Below, in pieces: positions 9,742 to 24,700 of a stretch of DNA of 56,672 nt (positions within the stretch are counted from its first letter, which is position 1; each line of letters starts with the position of its first letter). Source of the stretch: Gekko japonicus (taxonomy: Eukaryota). A program made the translations under genes and the position numbers. The stretch is taken from the NCBI RefSeq assembly GCF_001447785.1, contig NW_015164664.1, forward strand, positions 2,464,182 to 2,520,853. Reading direction: 5' to 3'. Below the pieces are notes generated by a model, which was not told the DNA's origin, made no database searches, and saw nothing but the letters and a program-made list of their open reading frames with translations.

Positions 9742-12700
9742 NNNNNNNNNNNNNNNNNNNNNNNNNNNNNNNNNNNNNNNNNNNNNNNNNNNNNNNNNNN
9801 NNNNNNNNNNNNNNNNNNNNNNNNNNNNNNNNNNNNNNNNNNNNNNNNNNNNNNNNNNNNNNNNNNNNNNNNNNNNNNNNNNNNNNNNNNNNNNNNNNNN
9901 NNNNNNNNNNNNNNNNNNNNNNNNNNNNNNNNNNNNNNNNNNNNNNNNNNNNNNNNNNNNNNNNNNNNNNNNNNNNNNNNNNNNNNNNNNNNNNNNNNNN
10001 NNNNNNNNNNNNNNNNNNNNNNNNNNNNNNNNNNNNNNNNNNNNNNNNNNNNNNNNNNNNNNNNNNNNNNNNNNNNNNNNNNNNNNNNNNNNNNNNNNNN
10101 NNNNNNNNNNNNNNNNNNNNNNNNNNNNNNNNNNNNNNNNNNNNNNNNNNNNNNNNNGGGGGGGGGATCCCTCCATCTGGTGAGAGGAGAATGGGGCGGG
10201 GGGGGTGTGTCACACACTGGCTGTGAGAAGAACTGCCCTCTGCTTCTGTGTTCCGTTTTAAAAATAGACCCCCCAATCAAATGTGTTCGCTGGCGTCTTG
10301 TGGCAGTGCTTTTAACTGACTTTTAGAAGAGACCACTTTGGTGGAGGCATCAGGCAAGGCAAGCTCTAGAGTAGACCCTGGGAAGCCCTGCAGACTTTCT
10401 GGAGCACGAAGGTTTGGCTTCAGCTTTGTGACTTTGCCTAGGAGTGGCCAAAGAGTATTTTCCCAGAGGGAAGAAATCCCTTCAGAATGGCTGGGATTGG
10501 TTTTGGTTTATTTGCTTAATACAAAGAGATGCCTTTCCCACACTAGGCTGCTTCCACATCACAAGCATGCTCCATAGTGCTTTGATCACTTCTGCAAATA
10601 CAAACACAGGCACAAAGGCAATGGAGCTTCCACAGGTGGCGTTTACTGCACACTTTCCTTGGTAATTCCCCCTGACTTTTCTTTCCCCATATGCTCTGCA
10701 TTGGCTCTTGGGGTATGGCTGTCATGGCAACAAACCGCCCCCTTTTTAAAAGATATTTTTTCTAAATCCTCTCTGTACCCCTCAGTTACAGAGGTAAAAT
10801 GGATGGAAATTAGAGATTGGGCCTTTTCAGTGGTAGCACCTTGCCTTTGGAATACTGCCCCTGCCCACTCCTACCTAACCCTTTTCGCCCCAACCCAAGA
10901 CAGTTACTTTTATCCAAGCTTTTAACTGAGGGGGGTTAATCTTTTAAAGCTATTTTTACTATCTACTTTTAGCTGGTGACTGTTTTATTAATATAATGTT
11001 AGTGGATGTTTTTAATGCAGTTTTTATGCCCAGGCTTGTTTTTATGGCTTGGTTTATCATTGATCACTCTTGTTTTAACAATTTTATTGTAGTTTTTTTT
11101 TCTTTCTCAGCTGGCTTGAGCAAGTCTAAAGAGAGCTGGCCTATGAAGCGTCTAAATAAAAAATAAAATAATAAACCAAATTAAAAAACCACTCCAACAG
11201 CAAAATACCCACAAAAACATTTATTCCAAATTAAAGCCCTGGCAGACAATACATTCTTACAGCATTTTCTGAAATCTAGAAGGGAGGGGCTCCTCTTCAC
11301 CTCTTCCAGGAGCCGTTTCCCAAGGTGGGAGATACCGCTGGAAAAGTTGCAATTGCCTGAAGTTTGCAAGCCCTGCTGGCAACTCACATTGTACAAGGTA
11401 CAATGGTTGCACTGGGCCTTGTCTGCACATCCATCAGAATGAGGTGGCTGAGTGCTAAGGTTATGGAATAAACTGTACCCTTCAGTATACAGTCATGATT
11501 CCCTGGTAGTAATTTTCTGGTAACACAAAGTTTCCCTAACCTGGATAGCCCAGGCTAGCCTGATCTCATCAGACCTCTGAAGCTAAGCAGGGTCAGCTCT
11601 GGCTAATATTTGTGATGGGAGACCTCCAAGGAATACCATGGGCATGACACAAAGGCAATGGCAAACCACCTCTGAAGGTCTCTTGTCCTGAAAAAGCTAC
11701 AGGGTTGCCATAAATTGGCTGTGACTTGATGACCCCCCCCCCAAAAAAAAGCAGAAACCTAGCCCTCCAAGAGTTAAACTAGAACAGTGCTTCTGAAGCT
11801 GGGGTCAGTGATGGTACTCTATGAGTTCTGCAAGTCCCTTGCATGTAGGGCACCGCTCAGTACCATAGACAGCAACAGCAACTGGGCAGAAATGCCCAGG
11901 ATGTTGGCTCAGAAGAGACAATGAGGGAGGGAACCCCTCACCTTTAGGGTGCTGCCTGCCAGTAGTTCGTGTCTCTGAAGCTGCAGGAAGCAGGTGCACC
12001 GATCAAATTGGATTGGTTGTGTGCTAGTTTGTGCTAATGCAAACATACCATCTATAATTGTCACAACTGTCCATCGCCAGGCATAGGGTCAGAGTTCGCA
12101 ACTCCAACTTTTCTTGACAAAGCAAAAGTCTTGAAGTCATGATCTTTTAACATAAAGGGAGCCTTTGCCCAGCGTCTTGTGCAGCAAGGCCATATTTCTA
12201 AGACGGCTCACAGCCAAACCTCCAAACGAGGAGATGCAGTTTTTTCTGCCATGGGGCAAGTTCTGTTTCTTTTGCTGCTCTGTTGACAGGGGCACCCTCC
12301 ATGCCCTTTGTCTCTCCATCACACCCAGCTATTCGCTTAGGGTTCATTCCCTGAGCATCTTAAATATTTATTTGCTCACATGTTTATGCTATGCTTTCAA
12401 AAATGTTTATTTTTTAGATTTAGTTTCATAATTGATGCAAGGGCTGACCAGATGACAGTTGTACAAATCCAGAAAAACAGGTTTCTACTGAGCCAAAGGA
12501 GAAATATTTATATATTTTACTTCATTTATACCCCACCTTTCTCCTCACTTGGCCCCCAAAGCAGCTTACATCATTCTCCACGTTTCCATTTTATCCTTAC
12601 AACAACCCTGGAAGGTAGGTTAGGGTGGAAATGTGTGACTGACCCAAGAATGCCCAGCGAGCTTCCATGGCAGTCTCTTCTATGGGGAACAGATGAGCAT

Positions 12701-15700
12701 GGCAATGCCCCTGTAGATATTCCGCCAGATGAACATCTATATCAGTTTCTGGGTGCAGATTTCCCTAGCTGGATTAGGGGTGATTGTCAATTGCTTTTAT
12801 TTTTTTAAAATACACATTATAACATAGGCATCAGATTTGATTTTTTTCAACAGTAAAGGAGATGTGATACCTGGCATGAAACTGGACTTGGGGGATGAGT
12901 GAGCTGAACTTCTGATAAGCCTCAGTGCTCATACACACAGTGTAATGGTCACCTAATCTAAATTCATGAGAATATATGAGCAGAAGAAGCTGTCTATTAT
13001 TGAGTCAGATTAAGGTGGCCCAGTATTATCTGACTGGTAGCAGCCAGTCTTTCACAAACCTGATGCCTGAGATCCTTAAACAATCTCCAGAAGAATAAAA
13101 GCAGGTCGTTTGAGTCTTTTTATTTTTTGCTGGTACCTCCAACAGCTGGTTAATTATGTCCCAAGGAGTGGGGTATTGATACATCTGTACTCCGTTGGGT
13201 TCACAGTCTATTTATACATTGTATTTCCCATGGCCAAGAAAAAATCATTAACAAACAAATAAAAATGCATCTGATCTATTTTTTCTTTATAATAGATCTT
13301 TGAAATTAAGACACAAAACAATATTACCCTATTTTTCCAGCAACAAGTAACTACATCATTCCAACTAACTACATTTACTTGGATTTCAACTAATCCCTCA
13401 ATATTATTTTAGCTAGATCCCTCTTTCTCATCAATAATATTCTGCTCAGTTTTAAATTTAAGTTTAATGGCAAACGTGGTTATTTTGCACCACAGTGCTA
13501 AACCAGAAGTGTGGGGAAAAGTCCTCCAAGATGGATACTAAATAGCATGGAACCAGAGGCTGGGTCACACCCATTGCCGTTCTGGATGTGCCATTCATGC
13601 TGACTCGGGTACTTCCCAAACTGCAGTTGAGACCAGCAAGATTCAGCATCAAGACTGGTATAGCCCCCATGTTGTTTGTGGCTTTCATAGCTGACACTCT
13701 AAAATTCCTCCATGTAAGATTTCCTAAGGAAATCGGACAAGGCACCAGAACTAGTTCTCGGCCTCACCTCATAAATCATGGTTCTGAGTCAGAGTCATGC
13801 TTTGTAAACCGAGACCAAAGCTAATTCAGATTCCTGGTGATTACTAGAATGCTGTATCAACATCTTCCATGTTGCTGTCTCAGCATATCTGCTCCATCAC
13901 ACAACCGGATGTTTCCTGTATTCACATCAGAGTAGCTCACTGATATGTCAACTGGAACAACTGTTGATACAATCTCGGGGACAAACTGAAGAGAAAGAAT
14001 GCATTTTCGCCTTGGATTATCTGATGTGAATGTTCTTGTCCTAGTAGCATCTTTAGTGTTGGGCTGGACTGATTCACACATGTTTTTAGTAGGGCCAGGT
14101 GTACATGAAGGTTGCAATCACAGGGAAGCAATTGTTTCATTGCTTTTTGCAGGTATGTGGGGGGAAAGACTGTTAAACTTAGGCATACATTTCTAAATCA
14201 AAATAACAAATCCAGGCTGCAAACTGCAGAGCTCTACATCTCTGTAATTTCAATAGGCAAAGGCTATTTAGTGTGGTTTGGGTTAGATTTATCTCAGATG
14301 GTAAAGTTGGAGAAACACACACACACACTTTTTGCTCATGACCCATGGAGGTGCCAGGCTAAACTCTTTTCAGACAATCTCCTGTTATGTACCTCCTATG
14401 CACCTCACCAATTATGGGTAAACCCGGTCCTTTCAGCATCATTTAGGACCCAATATGAGGATATTGACATGAGTCTCATGGACCTATAGAGGACATGGTG
14501 CACCAACATGGACAACTGGCTGGTGGTAGTGTATTGAGCACCAAGGGATTCACACACTTCCCTAGAATGTGCATGCATGGTCCCATTGCATGGGAAGCAT
14601 TATGTATGGGGATGAAAATGGGAGTTCCTCTATAAGAAATCAGCCAGCACCACAAATTGTATGGGAATTTAAAGGGCCCAGTTTGGGTGGTGCTGGAGGG
14701 GTGGTATAGGACCAGAGGTAATTGCAATTACTCACTTCTTTCTATGGAGCAAAACTATTTGAGTGCTGTGTAGACTCCTTGCTCTAGCAGACTCTTTTTA
14801 GTGCCAAATAGTTAGGTGGGTGGCATCATATGGCAGATATGAAGATTACAGAACGCCTTACTCATAAGGTATGGCTGGCACCCTCCTCTGTAGCCTTTCA
14901 AAAGACAATGAAACTCCAGCTTTTGTTCTTAGTTTCCAGCCTGCAGACGGTCTCCTTCTGGTGACTCACTTAAACTGTGGGCTGCCCCTTTTGCTCCTCT
15001 GTCAGCATTTTCTCTTCCCAGCAATTTTTTTCAGCCTGCTTCCTGAGGCTATTTGTCTAGCTTTTCACCCCATCTTTGCTGTCAGACTCCAGGATTGACA
15101 AAGCCAGTCATTTGTCAGCTACAGAGAGGCATGCTATAACATTTATTTATAAAGTATGTTATCCTGGATCCAGCATTACTGCTGGAGAAGAAACACAGCT
15201 GCAAAAAACGCTTTTTCCCAAATCTGTCTCAGCCAATCTGGCCACGTGGATTCATGCCACAGTAACATCGAGATGAGACTATAATGCACTCTCTCCCCGC
15301 AAAGTCAACATGGAGACTCATTGGTGCAGAATGCTGCAGCTTGGTTATTATCAGGAGCTAGACAGAGCATGCATATTACTCCCATTCTGCAGTCACTCCA
15401 ACCGCTGCCCATCAGTTACTGGGTTTTTAAATGAGGTACCTTATTACTCCCATTCTGCAGTCACTCCATCCGCTGCCCATCAGTTACTGGGTTTAATTTG
15501 AGGTATTAGCTATCACGTACAAAGACTTTCATGGGCTTGGAACCTCATATCTGCAGGACTGTTGCTCCTGTTGTGCTCTGCCACAACAGCTTCACTCATC
15601 TGAGCAGTGTCTTCTGCAGGTGCCACCCCGCAGATGGGTAACATCCACAACTGCCCATACACACGCATTCTCTGTTGTGTGTGTCCCCCCACACACCCCA

Positions 15701-18700
15701 ACTTTATAGAATAAGCTGCCTGGTGAGGTCAGGAAGGCTCCTATTCTCCTGGCATTCTGCAAACTATGCAAAACTGAATTATTCAGCAGGGTGTTTTTTT
15801 TACATAGGTAATAGGGCTATACTGTAACAAAATGGTTCAGAAAGATGCTAAGGTAAAGCAAACTATGCAAAACTGAATTATTCAGCAGGGTGTTTTTTTA
15901 CACAGGTAATAGGGCTATACTGTAACAAAATGGTTCAGAAAGATGCCAAGGTAAAGGGACAGGGACTGAGGATTCTACTGCTGTGTATAGTGCTACTGTC
16001 CATTGCTGTCCATATGATCCTACTATGTAATTTCTGCATCATATGTGTCATGTTAATGCTTATACTTTGTTTCAGCTGTGTTTAAAATTTCTGCTTGATT
16101 TCAGACTTCTGCAGTCCAAATCCTATTTCACTGTTCATTGAATGTCCCATCCCGTGAATTGTATTCTCACTCTGTGTAATCCACTTCGAGTCTCAGTGAG
16201 AAAGGTGTACTATAAGTAACATAAGTAAATCAATCAATCTTACCCTGCTTTTCTCCCCAGTGGATACCCAAGCAGCTTACAACTTCATTTCCCCCTCCTC
16301 ATTCTCCTCACAGCAACTACCCTGTGAGGTAGGTTAGGCTGAAGAAGCCCCATTCATAATTACAGTGGACGCTTAATTTTTCTTCCATTCAGTGGACGCT
16401 TAATTTTTCTTCATATGCACACAGAATAGTTCTCAGGTTATGTTCAACACATAGACAGCAGAACATGATTTAAACCCCATGTTCATCCATGAACTGGTTT
16501 CCAGTTTACTTTGTAAATCAGTTACAAGTTGTTTCAGAGCTGTTCTCTCATGAGCAGTTCTCAAAAGAGCTCTTTCAGCCCCACCTACCTCACATGGTGT
16601 CTGTTGCGAGGAGGAGAAGGGAAAGGAGATTGTAAGCCACTCTGAGACTCCTTTGGGTAGTGAAGGGCGGGGTATAAATCCAATCTCCTCCTCTTCTTCC
16701 TAATGAGCAGAGGTACACACATACTGGCAGGATGTATGTGTATTCACTGTAACTCATGAACAGGGCTAGAGAGTGACTGACCCCAACACACCCACTGGGT
16801 TTCTGTGGCAGAGTGGGGATTTGAACCCAAGTCTCCCAGATCCTGGGCCAGCACTTTAACTACTACACTGCACTGGTTCTTCCAATCTAGTCAGCTGTGC
16901 ACCCACCTCCTCATCTGTGGACCGCTTCGGCCTGTTCCAGGTCACTTTGACCCCTCATAGTTGCTGCAAATAAGGTTCTTGCTGCCTCATGCATAACCTC
17001 CAGACTCTCCTTCACCATTGTGGCTGCTGGGCCCAGGGAATGACGCTCTTAGGATTTTGTAACATTGAAGGTATGGATGTCAATGGGAGGAGCTGATTTT
17101 TAGGAAGAGGACTCTCACGTCTTCAAAGTACTCTCATATCTCATGTCTACCAGTCCACTCCTATGCAGATTTAAGTACACCTAAACCCGCTGAAATCAAT
17201 GGTCTTCAGCATGCCTAGCTATGATTAGGACTGTAGCCACATCTCCCAATGCTGAATGACTGCATTTAAAAGAAGAGCCTCTCCTCAAATTAAGCTGCAT
17301 CCATCTTACAGGACTGTTGTGAGAATGAACAAGAGAAGAGTACATGGAGGCATACTAAAATGACAGGAAATGAATCTGAATAAAGATAGTCAACATTTTT
17401 GGACCTGGGGCCCGCCTTTAATCCCAGCTTACAACTTGGGGGCCATACATGTATCCCTCTTTTTCCCTCTCGTCTTTTCTCAAGGCATATGATCTACTGG
17501 GCATGCATATTGCTGTAATACTCATTTCTTCTCCCCAGGGAACCCTGCAAATCGTAGTTCAGGTGGGAGAGGGAGAGTGTAGATCTCTGAAAACTGACAG
17601 CTTGGTGTTATAGTTAAAATGTTGGAGAGACCCAGGTTCAAATCCCTATGAAGCTCGCTGGGTGACCATGGGGGGCCAGTTATTCTTAACTCAGCCTATC
17701 TACCTCACAGGATTATTGCAAGAGTAAAGTGGAGAATAACAGATCAATATAGGCTTCCCTGGGCTCTCTGGCAGAAGAGCAGGATAAAAATGTACTAAAC
17801 AAACAATTCTTAGCACTTCCACCAAGCTACAGAAGTAAAACAAGAACAGTTGAACTTGTATTGCTAGAGTCCACATTCATAGTGGAATCATGCTGCCAGT
17901 CTCTCTCTTCCCCCTTTCCCTGCCGGTCTTCTTTAACAAAAAAAGGTGTCATGGCACCCTTTGCATAACCTCCTAGTTTCCAAACATTCCAAAGGCCCCT
18001 CCCGTGTAGATTAGCACCCTCTTTGTCCCCTTCCATCCCCCAGAGTGCTGCACAGCTGTCACACACCTAGCAGAGGTACAGAAGCCACAGCTATGTCTGG
18101 AAGTATAATTCTGGTGGGTTCTCCATCAACAGGAAATGCTTTTGCAAGTTGAAGTCTGCAGCAAGAGCAGCTGAGCATGCCCAAAGGCAAATCCCAGCTT
18201 CCTCCTCTTGTCTTCTTCTGAATGAGCGGCTTATTGCTACTTCTCCCCCTGAAAAGCCTACATTGACATTTCACTTGTTTAACCAGTTTCCCCTTGAGCT
18301 GGGGAGGGGACCATTCCTACTTCCTAATGATAGGAAAAAGGGCATCCCATGGATACTTTTTAATCAGATGAAAGACTTGGGCTATTTTCACAGAGCAGAT
18401 TGTTTATTTCTGTAGTTTTGAAAAGGGGTTTTGTCTTAAATTTTATATATTGCAGGAAAGGCTGACTGTTAACATGAGATCATGACTGGAAAAGGTTGGG
18501 ACATCTCACAAAGAAAGGCACAGTTCCTTTCCCCTATTAATTTCACCACTCTTCTGTTAATTTATCTAATGTAATCCTTTCTTAAAATCTCAGATAATGA
18601 TCATCACCAAATTTGTGCAACGGAATTCCACAAATTAATTCTGTGTTGTGTGTGGGAAGAAGTGTTAAACCAGACAATTTGGATCAATTAAAAAACTTAA

Positions 18701-21700
18701 CTTCTAACACATTGCAATGAAAGCATTTTTGTACCAAAATACCCCTCTAAAAAAAAAACCCCTCCCAGAATCACTCCCTAGAAAAATCTTCCCCACTCCC
18801 TTTTTTATATGAGAAATATTTACTATTTTGAAGAGTTAATAAATAAAATTATCAACACACACATTCAGCAAAAGTGTTCGAAAGAATAACCTCCCATGGC
18901 ATTTGGGAAGACACTTTTTTTAAAAGACAACAGCTAAACTATGGCTGTAGTAGATGGACTAAAAGATCATATTCAGTCTGAATTAAGTGAAAATCAACAT
19001 CTGTACTTCAGCACTTTCATTTATGCCCTCTTTCTTTTCCACATCTGGTCATTTGCTCCATGCTAAATCAGCTCAAATTTTCTTTCAACAAAAGACTGAA
19101 CTAGATGCAATTAATCCACAGTTATGATGAATAATTTGGGGTTAGTTGGTTTTCTGGTTTAGTAATAGAAAAGATTGTGATTAGCAGTCTGAAGACAAAT
19201 AGAGACTTGATCTGTGGCAGAGGCAAAACCAACATAAAGGTCTGACTCATGAAAGCAGCAGCAACAACATACAAAGGATTATACTGGCTTTAATCAATAC
19301 AAAGGTAAAGGTAAAGGTTCCCTTGCTTGAAAGCCAGTCAAATCCGACTCTAGGGTTGCGGTGCTCATCTCCGTTTCAAAGCCGAAGAGCCAGAGCTGTC
19401 CGAAGACATTTCCGTGGTCATGTGGCCGGCATGACTAAACACCAAGGCGCGCGGAACACTGTTACCTTCCCACTGAAGTGGTACCTATTTATCTACTTGC
19501 AATTTCTTGCTTTTGAACTGCTAGGTTGGCAGGAGCTGGAACTAGAGACGGGAGCTCACTCCGTCATGCGGCACACTCGGGTCTCGAACTGCTGAACTAC
19601 CGACCTTCCACAGCCTGCAGTTCAGCGTCTTAACCACTTGAGCCACCGCAGCTCCAAATCAATACAAAACTCAATAAAAAATAAAGGTGCGATCCTAAAA
19701 AATGGTCAGCTGTCTAGGAAAGCAACTAAGCTCCATTCTGGCATAACTAAAAGATAGGTTGATATATCTGGAGGCATGCAGGTGTAGTGTGACCCCTAAG
19801 CTGCACCATGGGTATGGGAGGAGGCAGTTGGGGGGGGGCAGGTTTTTTACTCCCAAAGAACTGAATGGGAATATTTAGATATCCCAAGGTTTTCACTAGT
19901 ATTATGTTACATCAGCATTGGGTACAAGACATGAGTTTAGGTCAACCCTCGAATAATAATTCCATATCATCTAAGACAGGGAGACTGATCTCTTCTAGAA
20001 GATCAGGTCTACTGACTGGCATCATACCTGTCTTGTCTGGATTGTTTTACTTGGTTCTCCCTACTTGAGGACAGCATCTAGGCACTGACTCAAGATAGAA
20101 ACAGTGACAAACAAAACTTGGGTGTCTTCACCCTTCTGATCACTCCCAAATTCAAAGCTCCAACATGACTAGTTTGTTTTTTAAACTCTATTTTGCCCAG
20201 CCTGGAAAACAACTTCTATACCTTGAATGACACAGCAAAATCTCTGTCTTCTCCACTTTTCAATCTGTTGCCTTAAGTGTTCTGAATTGCTCGTGGGAAA
20301 TTCTGGCCAGCCAAAAATTCCTGAGAACTTTCATTAATATAAAGCATAAAGAAATCTGATTAACATAGGTTCTTGGAATGGCTATTCAACGTCTGCCACT
20401 TGCATACTACTGACTGGTTTTTGTCCAAAAGAAGGATAGACACCCATTTGCCCATTTCTGGGGGGTTTAGAAATGAGGTAAACCTTTTAATCTGCCACTT
20501 TTTTTCTGTCCTATCTCAGATAAACTATTGGACTGGAACAAAATCTTCTACAGTGATTTTATTTTTTACCGCTTTCCCCCACTCCCACCAAATCTGTTAA
20601 TATTTGGTATTAATGTACCCAAAATGACAACCTTCACAAATGTGGCTGCAGGTGGTTTTACATGGTACTTGTAGTAGCAACGTTAACCTTTCCCCTATAC
20701 ACGGTTGTTTTCATGCACTTCTGAAAACATGTTCTTCAGCACATGTGGTTAGCCAGATAGAAAAGCAGATAGCCTGCCTATCTACAGCTACAAGAGCACC
20801 TCCTAGAGGCAGCTATGGCCAACATAGCTACATTCTCAAAATTCAGTCAATCTTAAAACATGAAGAGAAATCATATTTACTTTTTACACCCCTCTTTTCT
20901 CCCCAGTGGGGATCCAAAGCAACTATCCAAAGCAACTTCCATTTTATCGTTACATCAACAGCCTTATGAGGCTGAGAGAAAGTGACTGGCCCCAGGTCAC
21001 CCAGTGAGCTTTCACTGCAGAGTGGGGATTTTAACCTCAACTTCCCAGATCCTGATCTAACGGTCATGCTAGCTATGGAAGGTGTGTTTTATGTACCCCC
21101 TCCCATTCTTTTTTCTACTTCAAAGAATTTTCAGGATTTGGGAAGCACCTAGGTAAGGCCTTATCCAATATGACCGGGCAATGGGTTATTTGCATATTTG
21201 ACCAATACCCTCTGGGGGGGTTGTGTGTGTGTTTTTTTAGGGTGGGTCTTTGAAACAGAGCCCCTGGAAAGAACAAGATGAAAAGGGCTCCTCCATCATC
21301 ACTGCCATAGAGACTGTCAAAGGCTTCTCTAGAACTCCCAATGACCAGGCAACACAGTGGAATCCACCCCGCTGCGGGGTTCCAGATCTACCCACCCCAC
21401 CAGGGAGCCGCAATACTCGGAATCGGCAGAAACGATTTCTACTTTCTGGAGGACGTTGGGAGAAGACGGAGTTCACTTACAAGTAAGGCAAGTCTGAGCT
21501 CAAAATCAGTTGCTGTGGAGTGACTCTGTCTCTGCTGTTCTCTCCACAAGGATTCAGAGCTGCAGAAACATAAAAGGTGCATGCGTACCCCTCCCCCTTC
21601 ACACTTCTGCCTCCAAGGATTCAATGCTGCTGGACACTTACAATAATACAGTGAAGTCTGCAGACATGAGCACAGCTGAAGCTCCCGAAGAGTTGCCAGC

Positions 21701-24700
21701 TACTAGCTGATAAACCTGAGTAAGAATTAAGGGGGGGGGAAGACCCTTGCCAGCATTAAGCAGGAGTCAGGTAACAAAGGTATGATAGGAATGTGGGCTT
21801 CTTATGGGTTAAGCCTTGTGAAATCCAAAGTTTAGGGAGAAATGATCAGAAAGCACACAAAAACTCTGTATCATGTACAGTGCAATCCTAAACAAAGTTA
21901 CACCTTTCTATGGCCACTGAATTCAATTGAATTAGAAGGGTATAACTTTTCTTAGGATTGCACTGGTGATGTTTTAGGAAGGTCATTCTAGCAAACACAG
22001 AAACTGTAAATCTCATTAAGATGCTGCTGCTACCAACATTTTCACACAATCCCAATTTTGATTTCCTTATGCTGTATCAAAAATGGCAAATCCTATTGAT
22101 AAATTGTGAATACCAATGCGAAAAATAAATTCCCTCAAGCAGAAACACACTTCATATGGAGCAAGTACAGTATAGAGCTCAGAGCGTTGATTAGGATATG
22201 GGAGACCCAGGTTCCAATCCCTGCTCTGCCCATGGAAGCTTGCTGGGTAATCTTGGGCCAGTCACATACTCTCAGCCTCTTCTATCTCACAGGCTTGTTG
22301 TGTGGATAAGAGGGAAATGATGCAATCCACTTAGGTCCCCACTGGAGAGAAAGTAAATGAAGTAAATAAATAAGCACAGCAAACATAGTGATATGGCAAT
22401 GGATAGCGATTAACTGTAAGCCGCTCAGGGACCCCATGGGGGTTCGAGCAGGGTAGAAAGTTAAAAGATAAATAAATAAATAAATAATTTAGAACTTCTT
22501 ATTCTGCATTTCACTTGATACAGCATTCACTTGACACAGTTGCTGAATATTTTAAAAATCCCTGGATTTTGCTGGAATTGGATATCAAATTCTTGCTTTG
22601 CTCCCTTTCTTCTGTCACAGTTGCTTTAAGCTGACAATCCTTCCAATCGTTTTGAGCATTTAGAAAAATTGAGTTAAGAAGTTCATCCCACCAGTTTCTC
22701 ACTTAACCCCTTCCTTAAAATCATCCATTTTTAAAAAAAATAATAGCAATTAAATGTGACCAGTTTTTTTCTTGCCAACACAAAGAACAAAATTCCTTAA
22801 CAACCCATTTCCTGTTTATCTTCTGTTCCAGTGCATCAATATCTATCCAGTGTCCTGGTTTCCAAATACATCAGTTAATGCTAATTTTAGATAGTTACGA
22901 GCTAGCTATATAGTAGCAAAGTAAAACAAAAGTCTGGTGATACATTAAAGGCTAACAAAATTTATTCCAGCATAAGCTTTCATTAATCACAGCTTGCTTC
23001 TTTAGATGCACCAAAATGTGCATCCATTAGAATGGATATAAAAGCATTGACCGAAAGGATGTATAGTCAATCCATCTGACAAAGCGAGTTCTGACTCATG
23101 AAAGCTTATGCTGAAATAAATTTTGTTTCGTTTTAATGTGTCACTAAATGACTGTTCCAAGCTTGTCACCGTCTCACAGAATTTGAACAAAATTTGAACA
23201 AGAAAGCTTATGCTGAAATAAATTTTGTTTAGTTTTAATGTGTCACTAAAAGCTTGTCACCCTCTCACAGAATTTGAACAAAATTTGAACAGCTGTTATA
23301 TTCCAGTTTACAAGAAAGTTTAGTTTCTCACATCTACAAATATTCTAATAAAAATCTCCTCTGGAGGAAATGAGAGTCATATCAGAGGGCACCCTTTTCC
23401 TTGCATAGAGGCAGTGGAGTAAAGTTTACTAACCAAGCTGCAATTTTCTGCAAAATTAGCATGGTCCTGGGACAGGATATCAGTCCAGACAGCCTGGCTT
23501 AGACATTCTTCACCCTTGAAAACAGCCTGGATGCACCTGGCTTGACATTTGAAATCATGCTATTTTTAGAGTTGGGAAGAGACAACCATGGCAAATGTGA
23601 CCCTACAGGTGAACCTAGCTAAAAGAATGTTAACTCTAACACTTTCTTTGCAAAATGGAAATAGATGCTGTTGAAAAAGAATCTGGTGGTGTGTAACCAC
23701 CTGTCATGTATTCTGTCTTTCTGGCTCAATGTAATGATCCTGTTATATTTATTTTTATTGTCTATTTAACTAAACTCAGTAGATTGTACACTTCTTTATT
23801 TGCACATTGTTAGAATGGATAACGTATGTTATTGCCTATTGTGCTTGCTCAACATAAAACATGCCCACCTGCTTAAGGTAGCCGTCCTGGCTTCAACCAC
23901 AGCCCATACTTTTTCAGCCGTAATCCCATTCCTATGTAATATGCTCCTTGAAGGGGGGGGGCACTATCTCTGGAAATGATTAGGAGGCACAGTAAGGATA
24001 TTTTATTTGCTAGCGCTTTTTAATGAAGAAGAGAAGAGATTGGATTTATACCCCGCCCTTCACTACCCAAAGGTGTCTCAGAGCGGCTTACAAACTCCTT
24101 TCCCTTCCCCACAACAGACACCCTGTGAGGTAGGTGGGGCTGAGAGAACTCTGACAGAGACTGCTCTTTTTCAAGAACAGCTGTGCCAAAATTATGGCTT
24201 GCCCAAGGTCATCCAGCCAGGTGCAAGTGGAGGAGTAGGGAATCAAACCCAGTTCTCCCAGATCAGAGTCCGCGCACTTAACCACTACACCAAATGGAGT
24301 GTAGAATGCAGGAATTGGAGGGAGTTTTATTGTACTTGGTTTCAGATTTGGGTCTGTTATCCACCTTGAGTCAAAAAGGAATGCTGTGGTATAAATATAT
24401 ATTTTAATCAGTAAATGAATGTTTATGCTTTTTAAAGTTTTACTAAATAAAATTTTTATAAAGAAATAGTAAGTGTTCACCAAATAATAAAACATGCTAA
24501 TTGTAAGCTAACCAGTTTGGTGTAGTGGTTAAGTGTGCTGACTCTAATCTGGGAGAACTGGGTTTGATTCCCTACTCCTCCACTTGCACCTGCTGGGTGA
24601 CCTTGGGCAAGCCATAGTTCTGGCACAGCTGTTCTTGAAAAAGAGCAGTTTCTGTCAGAGCTCTCTCAGCTCCACCTACCTCACCAGGGGGTCTGTTGTG

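Noticed and set aside
8639-10326. Long ORFs spanning the N runs (up to 389 aa)
   Set aside because: They are artefacts of translating through assembly gaps and GC-rich sequence; only 9164-9298 is a supported exon.
11555-11640. 5S rRNA-like sequence (also ~42465-42545)
   Set aside because: Partial, diverged and fused to a SINE body; not an rRNA gene.
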